Shown: one piece after another, positions 48,976 to 59,698 of the stretch | How positions within the stretch are numbered: the stretch's first letter is position 1 | Layout of the letters: every line of letters begins with the position of its first letter | Assembly: GCA_049997855.1 (NCBI GenBank) | Contig: JBEKSG010000002.1 | Span: 16,996 to 80,995 of the forward strand | Origin: Minisyncoccia bacterium | GTDB lineage: Bacteria > Patescibacteriota > Minisyncoccia > Phycocordibacterales > SBAW01 | Reading direction: 5' to 3' | DNA: 64,000 nt | Notes under the pieces: generated by a model | Database searches by the model: none | What the model saw: the letters and a program-made list of their open reading frames with translations, nothing else | What the model was told of the DNA's origin: nothing | Position numbers and translations under genes: made by a program

Positions 48976-50102
48976 AGCGCATTTTAATTTTCTCTCTCGC
49001 CTATTATCCGCATGTGGGCGGGGCCGAAGTTGCGATAAAGGAGATAACCGACCGAATCACTGGCATCGAGTTTCATATAGTGACGATGCGGTTTACTGTT
49101 CGCGATGTCAAAGAGGAGAAGATAGGCAATGTAGTGGTGCACCGCGTCGGCAACGGAGCGGGCTATGTTTCAAAAATATTGTTTGTACCGCGTGCTGCGC
49201 GCATGGCGTTGACGCTTAACAAAACCGAGCCGTTTGACGCGTGGTGGGCGATGATGAGCTATATGACGCTCCCCATTGTGTTGCTTCGGTCGATAGGGCT
49301 GCGATTGCCATATGCATTAACACTGCAAGAGGGGGATACATCGGCTCATATGTTTGGACGATTGCACATACTGCCATTTTTACCGTTTATCAACTATGGC
49401 TTTAGACACGCAAGCGTCGTACAGGCTATCTCCGTTTTTTTGGGAGAATGGGCGATTGAAAGGAAGTATACGGGACCGCTTGAAATTATTCCAAACGGCG
49501 TTGACGGTAAAAAATTTGTCGGAGAAAAAATACCGCATGAAGGTATTGTGCTCATTACCACGTCGCGTCTGGTGCATAAAAATGCAATTGATGATGTCAT
49601 TAAAGCGCTCGCTTTTTTGCCTGCACAGGTTCGATTTGTCATACTCGGCATTGGTCCAGACGAATCTGGGCTCAAGGCGTTGGCAAAAAAAATGGGAGTA
49701 GAGAATCGTATCGAATTTGTCGGGCACGTTGATCACAAAGATATACCGGAATATCTCCATAAGGCAGATATGTTTATCCGCCCGAGCCGCTCGGAGGGCA
49801 TGGGCAACTCTTTTATTGAGGCCATGGCCGCGGGGCTGCCTGTCATTGCCACGCAAGAGGGCGGCATTGCCGATTTCTTGTTTGATGCAAAGCGCAATCC
49901 CGGACTACAACCGACCGGTTTTGCGGTCGACAAAGATTCGTCCGAGCAGATAGCGGCGGCGGTACAGGAAATTTTGCAACATCCCGAGCAAACTAAAAAA
50001 ATAGTAGATACCGCACGTACCATGGTATTTGAAAAATATGATTGGGATGTCATTGCTAACGATATGCGGCAAAAAGTTTTTGGACGCATACTAACCGTAT
50101 GA
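48972..50102 (+). CDS. GT4 glycosyltransferase
   Basis: GGAE, IPNGVD, EGMGNSFIEAMAAG.PV. Confidence 0.92.
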   Translation: MKRILIFSLAYYPHVGGAEVAIKEITDRITGIEFHIVTMRFTVRDVKEEKIGNVVVHRVGNGAGYVSKILFVPRAARMALTLNKTEPFDAWWAMMSYMTLPIVLLRSIGLRLPYALTLQEGDTSAHMFGRLHILPFLPFINYGFRHASVVQAISVFLGEWAIERKYTGPLEIIPNGVDGKKFVGEKIPHEGIVLITTSRLVHKNAIDDVIKALAFLPAQVRFVILGIGPDESGLKALAKKMGVENRIEFVGHVDHKDIPEYLHKADMFIRPSRSEGMGNSFIEAMAAGLPVIATQEGGIADFLFDAKRNPGLQPTGFAVDKDSSEQIAAAVQEILQHPEQTKKIVDTARTMVFEKYDWDVIANDMRQKVFGRILTV

Positions 50103-51112
50103 AAATAGTTATTGCACTCGGTAATACGGCAGACACCGGTGGTCCAACCAAATATGCGCAAAATTTGGAGCGCGAATTTATAGCGCGCGGCCACACCGTG
50201 CGTTTTGTGAGCTATGCACCGTGGATGTGGCGCCTCCCAAGCGGAGCGCGGCATCTCTGCTATATGGCGCGGCTTCTGCCAGCCGCAGCTACAAGTGATT
50301 TTGTGTTTGCTTTTGACACGATGACTGTCGGCGCTCCTGCAGTGCTTGTCTGCACGTCCACCCGCACGCCGCTCATCATCCGCATTGGCGGCGACTTTGT
50401 GTGGGAGCAATATGTGGAGCGTACGGGCGATTTGGTAAAGCTCTCAAATTTTTATCGCGATACAGTCGATAAACTTTCAACCAAAGAGCGGCTAGAAATT
50501 TGGCTCACGGGCGTCGTAGTGCGGCATGCGGCAATGCTTTTGTTTAACTCGCAAAAGCAGCGCTCCATGTGGCAGCCGGTGTATCGTTTTAATTTCAATA
50601 AATCAAGTGTGCTCGAAAACCTCTACCCGCCGCGCAAGCAAGGGTTCCCGCCCGAGCAGCGCGTGTTTGTCTCCGCAGGGCGGCCCATCAAACTTAAAAA
50701 TGAGCCGCTGCTGCGCCGCGTGTTTGCCCGACTGCAAAAGCGCTACCTCGATATTGTTTTAGACACCGAGTCTTTGCCCGCCAAAGAGCATGCTGAGCGT
50801 GTTGCGCATTGCTACGCGGTTATTGTTGCTTCTATTAGCGAGGTAACCTCAAACGCCATTATCGATGCGGTTGCGTACGGCAAACCTTTTATCTGCACCA
50901 GCGACACAGGCCTCGTTGAGCGGCTTTTGGGTACCGGATATTTTATTGATACCCAACATGAGCAAGAACTGGAGCATGCTATAGAGCAGTTACTTAACAA
51001 AGAGGAGTATGAGCGCGTTGCGGCGCGCGTGCGGGCATTTGCATTTGTTCGCACCTGGGACGATATTGCAAACGATGTGCTCGCTATTGCACAAAATATA
51101 TGCGCGTTGTAA
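50099..51112 (+). CDS. GT-B glycosyltransferase
   Basis: GGP.KY; S.SE..SN.IIDA...GKP. Confidence 0.8.
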   Translation: MKIVIALGNTADTGGPTKYAQNLEREFIARGHTVRFVSYAPWMWRLPSGARHLCYMARLLPAAATSDFVFAFDTMTVGAPAVLVCTSTRTPLIIRIGGDFVWEQYVERTGDLVKLSNFYRDTVDKLSTKERLEIWLTGVVVRHAAMLLFNSQKQRSMWQPVYRFNFNKSSVLENLYPPRKQGFPPEQRVFVSAGRPIKLKNEPLLRRVFARLQKRYLDIVLDTESLPAKEHAERVAHCYAVIVASISEVTSNAIIDAVAYGKPFICTSDTGLVERLLGTGYFIDTQHEQELEHAIEQLLNKEEYERVAARVRAFAFVRTWDDIANDVLAIAQNICAL

Positions 51113-52155
51113 CCATCAGCACCGATAAAAAAATACTTGAGCCGGAGAGCACGGTTGCAGCCCGCATGGTTCTGCATGCCGCTCTGTGGGAGTACTCAAC
51201 TATTATCGTGTGTACCACCGGCCATTTTGCGCCGGTACAGCTTGCACCAAACGTGCGCGTGCTCCCCACCAATTCGGCAAGCAAGCTGCTGTATGGATTA
51301 CATATAGTGAGGTTGGGGCTCCACTGCGGCCGCGATGCATCGGTTATAACCGCTCAAGACCCGTTTGAGGTTGGGCTCGCGGGCGTGCTGTTGGCCTCTT
51401 TTTTGCGCAAGCCATTGCAAGTGCAGGTGCATACCGACTTTCTCTCCCCGCATTTTTACAAGCATTCTTTGGTAAACCGAGTGCGCGTATGGATTGCGCG
51501 GCTGGTGCTGCCGCGCGCATCGCGCGCGCGCGTCGTCTCTTTGCGCATACAACGCTCGCTTGCGGCGCACTACAAAACCCTGCCGCCCATAGATGTGCTG
51601 CCGGTGTTTGTCGATATCGAGCATGTGCAAAGCACCAAGCCGAGCGATGCGCTGCACGAGCGTTTTGTCCGCTTTGCAAAAAAAGTACTGATAGTGGCGC
51701 GCCTAGAACCCGAGAAAAATGTGATGCTCGCCATAGACGCGTTTGCAAAGGCCGCACCTACAGATACGTGCTTGATAGTGGTAGGCGATGGCAGCGAGCG
51801 GGAGATGCTGCAAAAACGTTCACAAGAAAAGGGAATTACTGACAGAGTATTTTTTGAAGGCTGGCAGGATCCGGCGCCGTACTATCATTTAGCCGACCTG
51901 CTTTTGGTGCCCTCCGTATACGAGGGATACGGCATGGTCATTACAGAGGCGCACGCGGCAGGTTTGGCTGTACTGGCAACCGATGTCGGCATCGCGCGCG
52001 AGTCGGGCGCCATGATTGCCGAGCCGGATACTTTTGCCGAAGCGCTAAAAAGCTGGTTTGCCGGCAACCTAAAAGAGGGCGAAGTGCAGCACTATCCGTA
52101 TCCAACAAAAAAAGAGTACATGCGAGCCTACACGGAATGCCTAAGAAACCTTTAG
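51100..52155 (+). CDS. GT4 glycosyltransferase
   Basis: VARLEPEKN, EGYGMVITEA. Confidence 0.9.
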   Translation: MRVVTISTDKKILEPESTVAARMVLHAALWEYSTIIVCTTGHFAPVQLAPNVRVLPTNSASKLLYGLHIVRLGLHCGRDASVITAQDPFEVGLAGVLLASFLRKPLQVQVHTDFLSPHFYKHSLVNRVRVWIARLVLPRASRARVVSLRIQRSLAAHYKTLPPIDVLPVFVDIEHVQSTKPSDALHERFVRFAKKVLIVARLEPEKNVMLAIDAFAKAAPTDTCLIVVGDGSEREMLQKRSQEKGITDRVFFEGWQDPAPYYHLADLLLVPSVYEGYGMVITEAHAAGLAVLATDVGIARESGAMIAEPDTFAEALKSWFAGNLKEGEVQHYPYPTKKEYMRAYTECLRNL

Positions 52156-52259
52156 CTGCAAGGCGGGTTGTAAAAGTTATCTCATTGCAGGGCAGGAGTT
52201 TTTCGACTACAGTGCTTGGTATTTATTAACAGGGTTACCGAAGGGTTACCGACTCATCA

Positions 52260-53138
52260 ATGAAAATTTTAGTAACGGGAGGCAAAGGCGCTATAGGAAA
52301 AAAGTTGATGACTAAGCTCGCCGAACTTGGGCATGAGGCTGTGTCCTATGACATCCTCGACGGGCAAGACCTCTTTGACGTGCCTGCGCTCGAGCAAGCA
52401 ATACAAAAAGTTGATGCCGTGTACCACTTGGCCGCCGAGGCAAACCTCAACTACATGCGCGACATCGAGGGCGCGCATCGCGGCACGGTGCTCAATCTCG
52501 GCACGACCGACAACGTCGCATATCTGTGCGCCAAATATAAAAAGTGGATGCTCTACATGTCGACCATGTGCGTGTATGGCGACGTAGAGGTGCATCCCGA
52601 GCGCGAAGATGTCACCCTGCCAAACCCGTCGGAAATTTACGCGGCATCAAAATACGCAGGCGAGTGGATAGTGCGCGGCTACGGCAAGAGCCTCGACTTG
52701 CCGTACACTATTTTGCGCATCGCCACTCCATACGGCCCCGGCACGCGCATGGCAATGGCGGTGCATGTATTTTTTAAACAAGCGCTTAAAGGCGAACCCA
52801 TTACCGTGCATGGCACAGGTAAACAAACACGTACCATGACGTATTTGGAGGATGTGATAGAAGGGTGTGTTGCGCCGCTCCAACATAAAGACGTTGCGTT
52901 AAGTCAAATTTTTAATATTTCTACTACCGAAAGCACCAGCGCACTCTCGATGGCGACCCAGATAAAAGAGCTGACCGGCACAAAGTCGGAGATCGTATTT
53001 ATCCCGCAGCGTCCGCACGACACCCAGAGCGAAGAGGTCGACGTTTCCAAAGCAAAGCGCCTGCTCGACTGGGAAGCAAAAACATCGTTTGCCGAGGGGC
53101 TCAAAAAAACGCTGCCGTGGATAAAGAGCCAGCTCTAG
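52260..53138 (+). CDS. NAD-dependent epimerase/dehydratase
   Basis: VTGGKGAIG, YAASK, G.GKQTR. Confidence 0.9.
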   Translation: MKILVTGGKGAIGKKLMTKLAELGHEAVSYDILDGQDLFDVPALEQAIQKVDAVYHLAAEANLNYMRDIEGAHRGTVLNLGTTDNVAYLCAKYKKWMLYMSTMCVYGDVEVHPEREDVTLPNPSEIYAASKYAGEWIVRGYGKSLDLPYTILRIATPYGPGTRMAMAVHVFFKQALKGEPITVHGTGKQTRTMTYLEDVIEGCVAPLQHKDVALSQIFNISTTESTSALSMATQIKELTGTKSEIVFIPQRPHDTQSEEVDVSKAKRLLDWEAKTSFAEGLKKTLPWIKSQL

Positions 53139-53170
53139 CGCGTTGATGGTATTATTCAGCAACACCTCGT

Positions 53171-54031
53171 ATGCAGATTGGCTTTATAGGGCAGGGATAT
53201 ATCGGCAAAAATTATGCCGACGATTTTGAGCAGCGCGGGTACACTGTTGTGCGCTATTCGCTTGAGCCGCAGTATGCGGGCAACCGCGAAGCTATCGCCG
53301 CGTGTGATATTGTTTTTATCGCGGTGCCGACACCCACCATTCCCGGTAAAGGCGGCGACGATAACCTGGTACGGCGCGTGCTCTTGCTCATAGGAGAGGG
53401 CAAGATAGTGGTCATTAAATCAACTGTGCTTCCCGGGACAACCGAGTCTATACAAGCGGAATATCCCACTAAAACGGTACTTCACTCGCCCGAGTTTTTA
53501 GTCGAGTCTACGGCCGCTTATGACGCCGCACATCCCACCCGCACCATTGTCGGTATGCCGCACGATACGCCGGCGCATCGCGATGCCGCAAAGCTGCTCG
53601 TTAGCATACTCCCCAAGGCGCCTTTTGAGCTTGTGTGCTCGTCTCGCGAGTCGGAGCTTATAAAATATACAAGCAACTGCTACTTGTTTACCAAAGTGGT
53701 ATTTGCCAACGTTTTTTATGATATTGCCCAAGGCTTTGGCGCCGATTGGGAAAAGGTGATGGCCGGCGTCGGCGCCGACCCGCGCATCGGTCCCTCGCAC
53801 TTAAAGGTGGCAGACGCCAGCAAACATCCAGGCGCAACGATAGGGCGTGGCGCGGGAGGGCACTGCCTCCCCAAAGATTTTGCCGCGTTGCGGGCAGCCT
53901 ATGAACATCTCACCTCCGCAAACCAGAGCAATGTTGCGTTATTGCGCACATTGGAGCAAAAAAATATAGAATTGCTTAAAACAAGCGGCAAGGATCTCGA
54001 CCTTCTCGCACAGATATACGGGAGTTTTTAA
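53171..54031 (+). CDS. UDP-glucose/GDP-mannose dehydrogenase family protein (short form)
   Basis: GQGYIG, AVPTP, IKSTV.PGTT, PEFL, GGHCLPKD. Confidence 0.88.
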   Translation: MQIGFIGQGYIGKNYADDFEQRGYTVVRYSLEPQYAGNREAIAACDIVFIAVPTPTIPGKGGDDNLVRRVLLLIGEGKIVVIKSTVLPGTTESIQAEYPTKTVLHSPEFLVESTAAYDAAHPTRTIVGMPHDTPAHRDAAKLLVSILPKAPFELVCSSRESELIKYTSNCYLFTKVVFANVFYDIAQGFGADWEKVMAGVGADPRIGPSHLKVADASKHPGATIGRGAGGHCLPKDFAALRAAYEHLTSANQSNVALLRTLEQKNIELLKTSGKDLDLLAQIYGSF

Positions 54032-54042
54032 TTTTAACGCGT

Positions 54043-55101
54043 ATGCGCCTTTTAATCCTTACACAAATCGTCGATCGCCACGACTCTAACCTCGGCTTTT
54101 TTCATACATGGATAGAGGAATTTGCAAAACATTGCGAGAAGGTCACCGTTATCTGTTTGCAAGAAGGCGAGCACGCGCTTCCTTCCAACGTACAAGTATG
54201 TTCACTCGGTAAACCCTACTCCGCCAAGGCTTCGAAGGGCGCAGGAAAAAAGTTTTTATATGTGTTTCGTTTTTTAAAGTACATATATAAGTATAAAGAT
54301 GAATATGACGCGGTTTTTGTCCATATGAACCCGGAGTACCTGGTACTCGGCGGCTGGTTGTGGCGCCGATGGAAAAAGCCCACGGGTCTATGGTATGCGC
54401 ATCGCAGTGACACGTACAAGCTCCGCATGGCACTCGCGCAGGCAGACCACGTGTTTACCGTCTCCCAAAATAGTTTTGCTATTGCCACTCCTAAACTCCA
54501 CGCAATAGGGCACGGTATTGATACCGAGCTTTTTAAACCCGCCATGCGCCACGAGAGCACGCAGCTGCGCATTGTAACTGCCGGGCGCATAGCGCCGAGC
54601 AAACATATAATGGAAATGTTCGAGGCGCTTCAGGAGCTTCATGTTCGGCATGAGCCTTTTACTTTTACCGTCGTTGGCAGTCCTATTACTGATGCAGAAA
54701 AGAAATATGCAAAAACATTACACGAGTGGCTTACACGCGTGCCGTGGCAAGAGCAGGTGCTGTTTGCAGGGCCGATACCTCATGCAGAGTTGTCGGAGCT
54801 GCTTAACAGCCAAGATATTTTTTTTAACTTTAGTACTACCGGTAACATGGACAAGGCCGGCCTCGAAGCGCTTGCATGCGGCATACCGCTTCTATCCACT
54901 AACCCCGCGTTTCTGCCGCTTCTCAAGCCTTATGGGCTGTATGTATCGAGCATGCACCCTAAAGAAGTGGCCGACGCTTTGCTGAACTTTATGCAACGGC
55001 CCAACCGGCCCGCTGTGTTAGCGACCTTGCGCAATAAAGTGGTGGCCGAACATTCGCTTTCAAATCTTATCCCGCGTATTCTTAGCGTACTAACATCATG
55101 A
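54043..55101 (+). CDS. GT4 glycosyltransferase
   Basis: HGIDT, GRIAPSK, DKA.LEALACG. Confidence 0.88.
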   Translation: MRLLILTQIVDRHDSNLGFFHTWIEEFAKHCEKVTVICLQEGEHALPSNVQVCSLGKPYSAKASKGAGKKFLYVFRFLKYIYKYKDEYDAVFVHMNPEYLVLGGWLWRRWKKPTGLWYAHRSDTYKLRMALAQADHVFTVSQNSFAIATPKLHAIGHGIDTELFKPAMRHESTQLRIVTAGRIAPSKHIMEMFEALQELHVRHEPFTFTVVGSPITDAEKKYAKTLHEWLTRVPWQEQVLFAGPIPHAELSELLNSQDIFFNFSTTGNMDKAGLEALACGIPLLSTNPAFLPLLKPYGLYVSSMHPKEVADALLNFMQRPNRPAVLATLRNKVVAEHSLSNLIPRILSVLTS

Positions 55102-55721
55102 CCTACTCTCCTCAAGTGGACGTTGCCCATTACACTACGGGCTCTTACCGCGGCAAAGACCGCTGGCTTTCATATTGGTACCAGCTTAATCTTGTGCGCG
55201 CCGCAGCGCCTCGTAGCGTAGTTGAGATAGGTCCCGGCGAGGGCGTGGTAACGCAGGCTTTGCGCCGCGATGGCATTATGGTAACCACTTGCGATATCGC
55301 TGTCGACCTTTACCCAGACGTGGTTGGCTCGATAACCGCGTTGCCGCTTCCTGATAAATCTTTTGACCTCGTGCTGGCGGCGGAGGTGCTTGAGCATATC
55401 CGATATGAGGATCTGCCGGCGGCTCTTGCCGAGATTAAGCGCGTCGCGCGGGTAGGTGCGGTTATCGCGCTGCCGCATGCCGGCTACACCTTTGCGTGTG
55501 AGTGGAAGCTGCCGCTTCTGCCGCGCATGGAAGTGCTTTTTAAGATTCCGTTTTTTTGGAAGACGCACGCATTTAACGGCCAGCACTATTGGGAGCTGGG
55601 CAAGCGTGGATTTTCGATACGGCGGTTTATCCGCACCGCACACGATGCCGGTTTGCATGTGGAAAGGCGAGAGAAACACGCCGATGACCACGCACATCGC
55701 TTCTTTTTATTTTCAATCTAA
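55098..55721 (+). CDS. class I SAM methyltransferase
   Basis: VEIGPGEG, LP..DKSFD.V...EVLEH. Confidence 0.88.
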   Translation: MTYSPQVDVAHYTTGSYRGKDRWLSYWYQLNLVRAAAPRSVVEIGPGEGVVTQALRRDGIMVTTCDIAVDLYPDVVGSITALPLPDKSFDLVLAAEVLEHIRYEDLPAALAEIKRVARVGAVIALPHAGYTFACEWKLPLLPRMEVLFKIPFFWKTHAFNGQHYWELGKRGFSIRRFIRTAHDAGLHVERREKHADDHAHRFFLFSI

Positions 55722-55723
55722 GT

Positions 55724-56815
55724 ATGCCACTCACGCCTATCATTTTTTTTGTCGATCCTGCATGGCGCCGGGAGAGTCTACGCCACATTCCTCTTTTATA
55801 TCCTTTTTGGGGCAACTCGCTTACCGAGCAAACGCCATTTCAACGCACGTTATTTGAGCGGTACTCATTTGATACACGCTACTATCGCATTACCGGCGTG
55901 GCCGAGGAGGCCGATGCAGTGCTTATGCCATACAGCCACAATGTCGCTCTACAGTATGCGCCGGATATCCTTGAGGCATGTATTAAAGCCTCAAAGCAAT
56001 TAAACAAGCCGCTTTTTATCGATGGTATGGGCGACATTGAGCATCCAATAGCGATACCGCATGCATACGTGCTCCGATATGGCGGTTACCGTTTTTTGCG
56101 CAAAGGCAATGAGATTATAGTGCCGCCCTATACCGACGACCTGCTCGAGGCGTATTGCGGCGGCGCTCTTCAGGTGCGCCGCAAGAGCGCAAAGCCGATA
56201 GTCGGATTTGTAGGATGGGCGGAGGTCTCTTTGCTACAAAAGTTCAAAACAATAGTAAAAGAATTTCCCAACCGCTTGCGCACACTCGTAGACAGCCGCT
56301 ACGGCGCGTGTAAAAAAGGCGTCTTTTTTCGCATGCAGGCTATCGGCTTACTCAAGCGCTCCCCGCTTGTTGCAAGCAACTTTCTTCTCCGCCCATCGTA
56401 CTCCGGCCACCTCAACACCGCGGCAGACGCGCAAGAAACGCTACGCAGAGAGTTTGTCGACACGTTGCTCGCGAGCGACTACTGCCTCGATGTGCGCGGC
56501 GATGCCAATAACTCCATGCGTCTGTTTGAGATACTCTCGCTTGGCCGCATACCGGTTATCGTTGATACTGAACGCAACTTTCCTTTTAGCGAGCATCTTA
56601 AGTATCAGGAGTTTTCGCTCATGGTCGATTTTCGCGATATTAAAAAGTTGCCCGAGCATATAGCCGAGTTCCACCGCAACCTTACCGAGGAGCAATTTGA
56701 GAATATGCAAAAAAAAGCGCGCGCGGTGTATCTGCAATACTTCCGCATCGATGCGCTTATGCCGTACATAGCAAAAGAAATCTCAGAGCGTATGGATGCC
56801 TTCATTCCTATATGA
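55724..56815 (+). CDS. exostosin-family (GT47-like) glycosyltransferase
   Basis: SDYCL.VRG..N.S.RLFE.L..GRIPVIV. Confidence 0.8.
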   Translation: MPLTPIIFFVDPAWRRESLRHIPLLYPFWGNSLTEQTPFQRTLFERYSFDTRYYRITGVAEEADAVLMPYSHNVALQYAPDILEACIKASKQLNKPLFIDGMGDIEHPIAIPHAYVLRYGGYRFLRKGNEIIVPPYTDDLLEAYCGGALQVRRKSAKPIVGFVGWAEVSLLQKFKTIVKEFPNRLRTLVDSRYGACKKGVFFRMQAIGLLKRSPLVASNFLLRPSYSGHLNTAADAQETLRREFVDTLLASDYCLDVRGDANNSMRLFEILSLGRIPVIVDTERNFPFSEHLKYQEFSLMVDFRDIKKLPEHIAEFHRNLTEEQFENMQKKARAVYLQYFRIDALMPYIAKEISERMDAFIPI

Positions 56816-56864
56816 ACTTCTTCTTTTTGGCGAGAGCTTGAAATTCACGTAGGAACAGAGTAAG

Positions 56865-59270
56865 ATGCCTGCAATCATGCCTACCGTCACTCCCCTCCGG
56901 CGTGTCTGCTTCTTTCTTACGATTTATAACGAGGAGTATGCCCTTCCGGGACTCCTGCAAAGTCTCTCGAATGTTTCTCTCCCTTCTGGCACCGCATATT
57001 CAATATATGCGGTCGATGATGCCAGTACCGACACAACGCCGGCAATACTTGAGCGCGCCAAAACAGCATATCCTATTACGGTATTGCGCTATGAAATCAA
57101 TCGCGGCGTGCCTGCCACTATCAAAGATGCGTTTGCTTATTTTGCGCGAGAGCTGACGGATGATGATGTGGTGATATTTATGGAGGCTGACGGCACTTCA
57201 GATGTCTCACTTATTCCCCGTATGCTAGAGAAAATTGACGAGGGCAATGATATGGTCATTGCTTCGCGATATACAAAAGGCGCAATATCGCTTGGTTTTC
57301 CTTGGTATAGGCTTCTCGGCTCAGCATTGGTAAACTATTTTTTGCGCCTAGTATGGAACGTTAAAGGTGTTACCGATTATAGCATCTTCTATCGCGCTTA
57401 TCGGGCGAGCCTCATAAAAAAATGTTTTGGACATGGTTATGTGCCGTTGCGCGCCAAAAAATCATTTGCGGTCATTGCGGAGTCTCTCCTTTTTTTTGAT
57501 GTATATCATCCGCGCATTGCGGAAGTACCCCTGCGATACGATTATCGGATCAAGAAAAAGCCCTCAAGGATGAAATTACTCCCCACGCTCTTCGAATATA
57601 TGCGTATTACTATACGCACGCCACTGCATCGCCAACCGATTTTTTGGATAGCCGTGGGTGCTTTTGTGCTGCGCGTATGGGGGATGATGTATGGGTTTCC
57701 CGATTTGCTGGTTCAAGACGAGCCGGCACTGACGCGCGGAGCGCTCCTTATGCTCAAACTCCACACGCTTATACCGGCGCTTCATCCTGTTGACTTTGCT
57801 CCTATATATTACCCGCCGTTTACCTCGTACCTGTACTTACTCGTTTTGATACCTGTTGTCGGGACACAGTATTTGTTCTCCCATCTTTCTCTTTCGGCAT
57901 TTGCCGCGCATCTTGTCCTTGACCCAACGGTGCCGTGGGCGGCAACACGCGTGGTCTCCGCGCTTTTTGGAGCGCTTACTGTGTATGTACTCGGGCGGCT
58001 GGGGGAGCGATTATACCACCAGAGCGGCATCTACGCGGCACTGTTTGCCGCGACGAGTTTCTTGTTTTTGACTTTTTCGCATGTCGCACGCCACTGGTCG
58101 CTGTCTGTCCTCTTGTTTTGTGGCATGCTCTTTGCGGCATATTACATATATTATAAGGGCACCTTGCGGTGGTATATCCTTGCGGGGGTGTTTGCCGGTC
58201 TTGCATTTGGCACGGGGGTCGTCTCGTCGGCGTTTTTTATCGTACCTATTTTCGCACACCTTGCTCGCGGAGAATCTTGGCGAGCAAAACTGCTCAACCG
58301 GTCATTTTTGGCCATGGGCTTGATAGCGCTCGTGCTCGCCTCTGTTTTTATGCTGCTTGATCCTCATACGACCGTTACTCACCTCATAGGAAACGCCGAT
58401 CAGGATAATACTTACCGCGAAACAAAAACACTCCTAGGGGCTATCACCATACTAGTGGTAGCAGTGCGCGACCTGGGACAAACCGAAACCGTGTTGTTTT
58501 TGTGCGCGCTTATTGGCGTTCCGCTCTTGCTTCGGCGGCATCGCGTCTTCGGCAGCATCCTTTGCCTCTGTATGATCCTTCTCACGCTTCTTTTCTATAT
58601 GGGGTATTACTACCTGCTCCACTATTTATTGTTTGTCTTGCCAATACTCATATTATTTGCCGGCGTTGGAGCGCACGAGCTCATTAATTTTGCAAAAACA
58701 AGAACGGCGCAGATATGTATCGCGATACTCATATTTCTGCTTCCTACGCTGATAGCGTTGCGCTTTAGTTATTTGTGGACGCAAACCGATACGCGCCAAC
58801 AAGCCCGACAATATATCGAGGCGCACATTCCCGCAGACGCAAGAATTGTTTCCTATGTTCCGGATATGAAAGTTGTCTGGCCTACAGCTTCTTCGGTTCA
58901 AGAGCGCCTTGTGTTTGACCCAGCTTCTTCACGGTTGGTGGATACCACGCTCCTCGCTCTCCCCCAAGGCGAGTATCCGCAGCCGACATTCTCCGTGTTT
59001 GAGTTGGGGACGATATCCGATGATATGAGATCAAAGGTGGTCCCACAGTGGCTTCTTGGCGAGCATTTTGAGTACGCGGTTATAGATCGCTCAGCTGAAC
59101 CCCTTCCGGCGCTCGATGCTCTCGCCGCGCAGGGCGAGATAGTGGCGCGCTTTCCGCGGCAAGGCGAGAGCATCAATATCATAGGTACTGACTTTGAAGA
59201 TACATCGCTCGATGTGTTTAAAATCAACCAAATGGGTCCGGAAGTTGATATAATCAAACTTCCGCAATGA
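56865..59270 (+). CDS. GT2 polyprenol-P-sugar synthase fused to a GT-C (PMT/ArnT-like) domain
   Basis: YNEE, VDDASTD.T, EADG, ASRY; then DE motif, YYPP and more than 10 TMs. Confidence 0.85.
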   Translation: MPAIMPTVTPLRRVCFFLTIYNEEYALPGLLQSLSNVSLPSGTAYSIYAVDDASTDTTPAILERAKTAYPITVLRYEINRGVPATIKDAFAYFARELTDDDVVIFMEADGTSDVSLIPRMLEKIDEGNDMVIASRYTKGAISLGFPWYRLLGSALVNYFLRLVWNVKGVTDYSIFYRAYRASLIKKCFGHGYVPLRAKKSFAVIAESLLFFDVYHPRIAEVPLRYDYRIKKKPSRMKLLPTLFEYMRITIRTPLHRQPIFWIAVGAFVLRVWGMMYGFPDLLVQDEPALTRGALLMLKLHTLIPALHPVDFAPIYYPPFTSYLYLLVLIPVVGTQYLFSHLSLSAFAAHLVLDPTVPWAATRVVSALFGALTVYVLGRLGERLYHQSGIYAALFAATSFLFLTFSHVARHWSLSVLLFCGMLFAAYYIYYKGTLRWYILAGVFAGLAFGTGVVSSAFFIVPIFAHLARGESWRAKLLNRSFLAMGLIALVLASVFMLLDPHTTVTHLIGNADQDNTYRETKTLLGAITILVVAVRDLGQTETVLFLCALIGVPLLLRRHRVFGSILCLCMILLTLLFYMGYYYLLHYLLFVLPILILFAGVGAHELINFAKTRTAQICIAILIFLLPTLIALRFSYLWTQTDTRQQARQYIEAHIPADARIVSYVPDMKVVWPTASSVQERLVFDPASSRLVDTTLLALPQGEYPQPTFSVFELGTISDDMRSKVVPQWLLGEHFEYAVIDRSAEPLPALDALAAQGEIVARFPRQGESINIIGTDFEDTSLDVFKINQMGPEVDIIKLPQ

Positions 59271-59698
59271 AAGAACTTTTCAAGCGACACCAATCGTTTT
59301 TGCAGGTAGGGCTTGTGGGCGCTATGGGCGCTGTTATACAGTCGCTGTGTCTTTTTGTGCTGGTTGAGTTTTTTGGGATTCATCCGGTGCTTGGCAATAC
59401 TATTGCGGCCGAGATTGCCGTCATTTGCAACTTTATCGTCAATAATTTTTGGACTTTCAGGAATCGCAGCATGCACTCGCTCCCGAAGCGCTTCGTTATG
59501 TTCAATATCAGCGTACTCGGCTCGATTGTGATCCAGGCAATTATGGTTTCGAGCGGCATTTATTTCTTTGGAGTACGGTGGTATCTGCTCTATGCAGCGG
59601 TAGGCATCGTGCTTGGACTAATCCTCAACTACACGCTTTATGTGCGCCTCATATGGAAGTACCGTCCGGATGCGTTATCTGAGAAACTTGATAAGTAA
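59267..59698 (+). CDS. GtrA-family flippase-like protein
   Basis: Four TMs; F..VG, NF.VN..WTF. Confidence 0.88.
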   Translation: MKELFKRHQSFLQVGLVGAMGAVIQSLCLFVLVEFFGIHPVLGNTIAAEIAVICNFIVNNFWTFRNRSMHSLPKRFVMFNISVLGSIVIQAIMVSSGIYFFGVRWYLLYAAVGIVLGLILNYTLYVRLIWKYRPDALSEKLDK

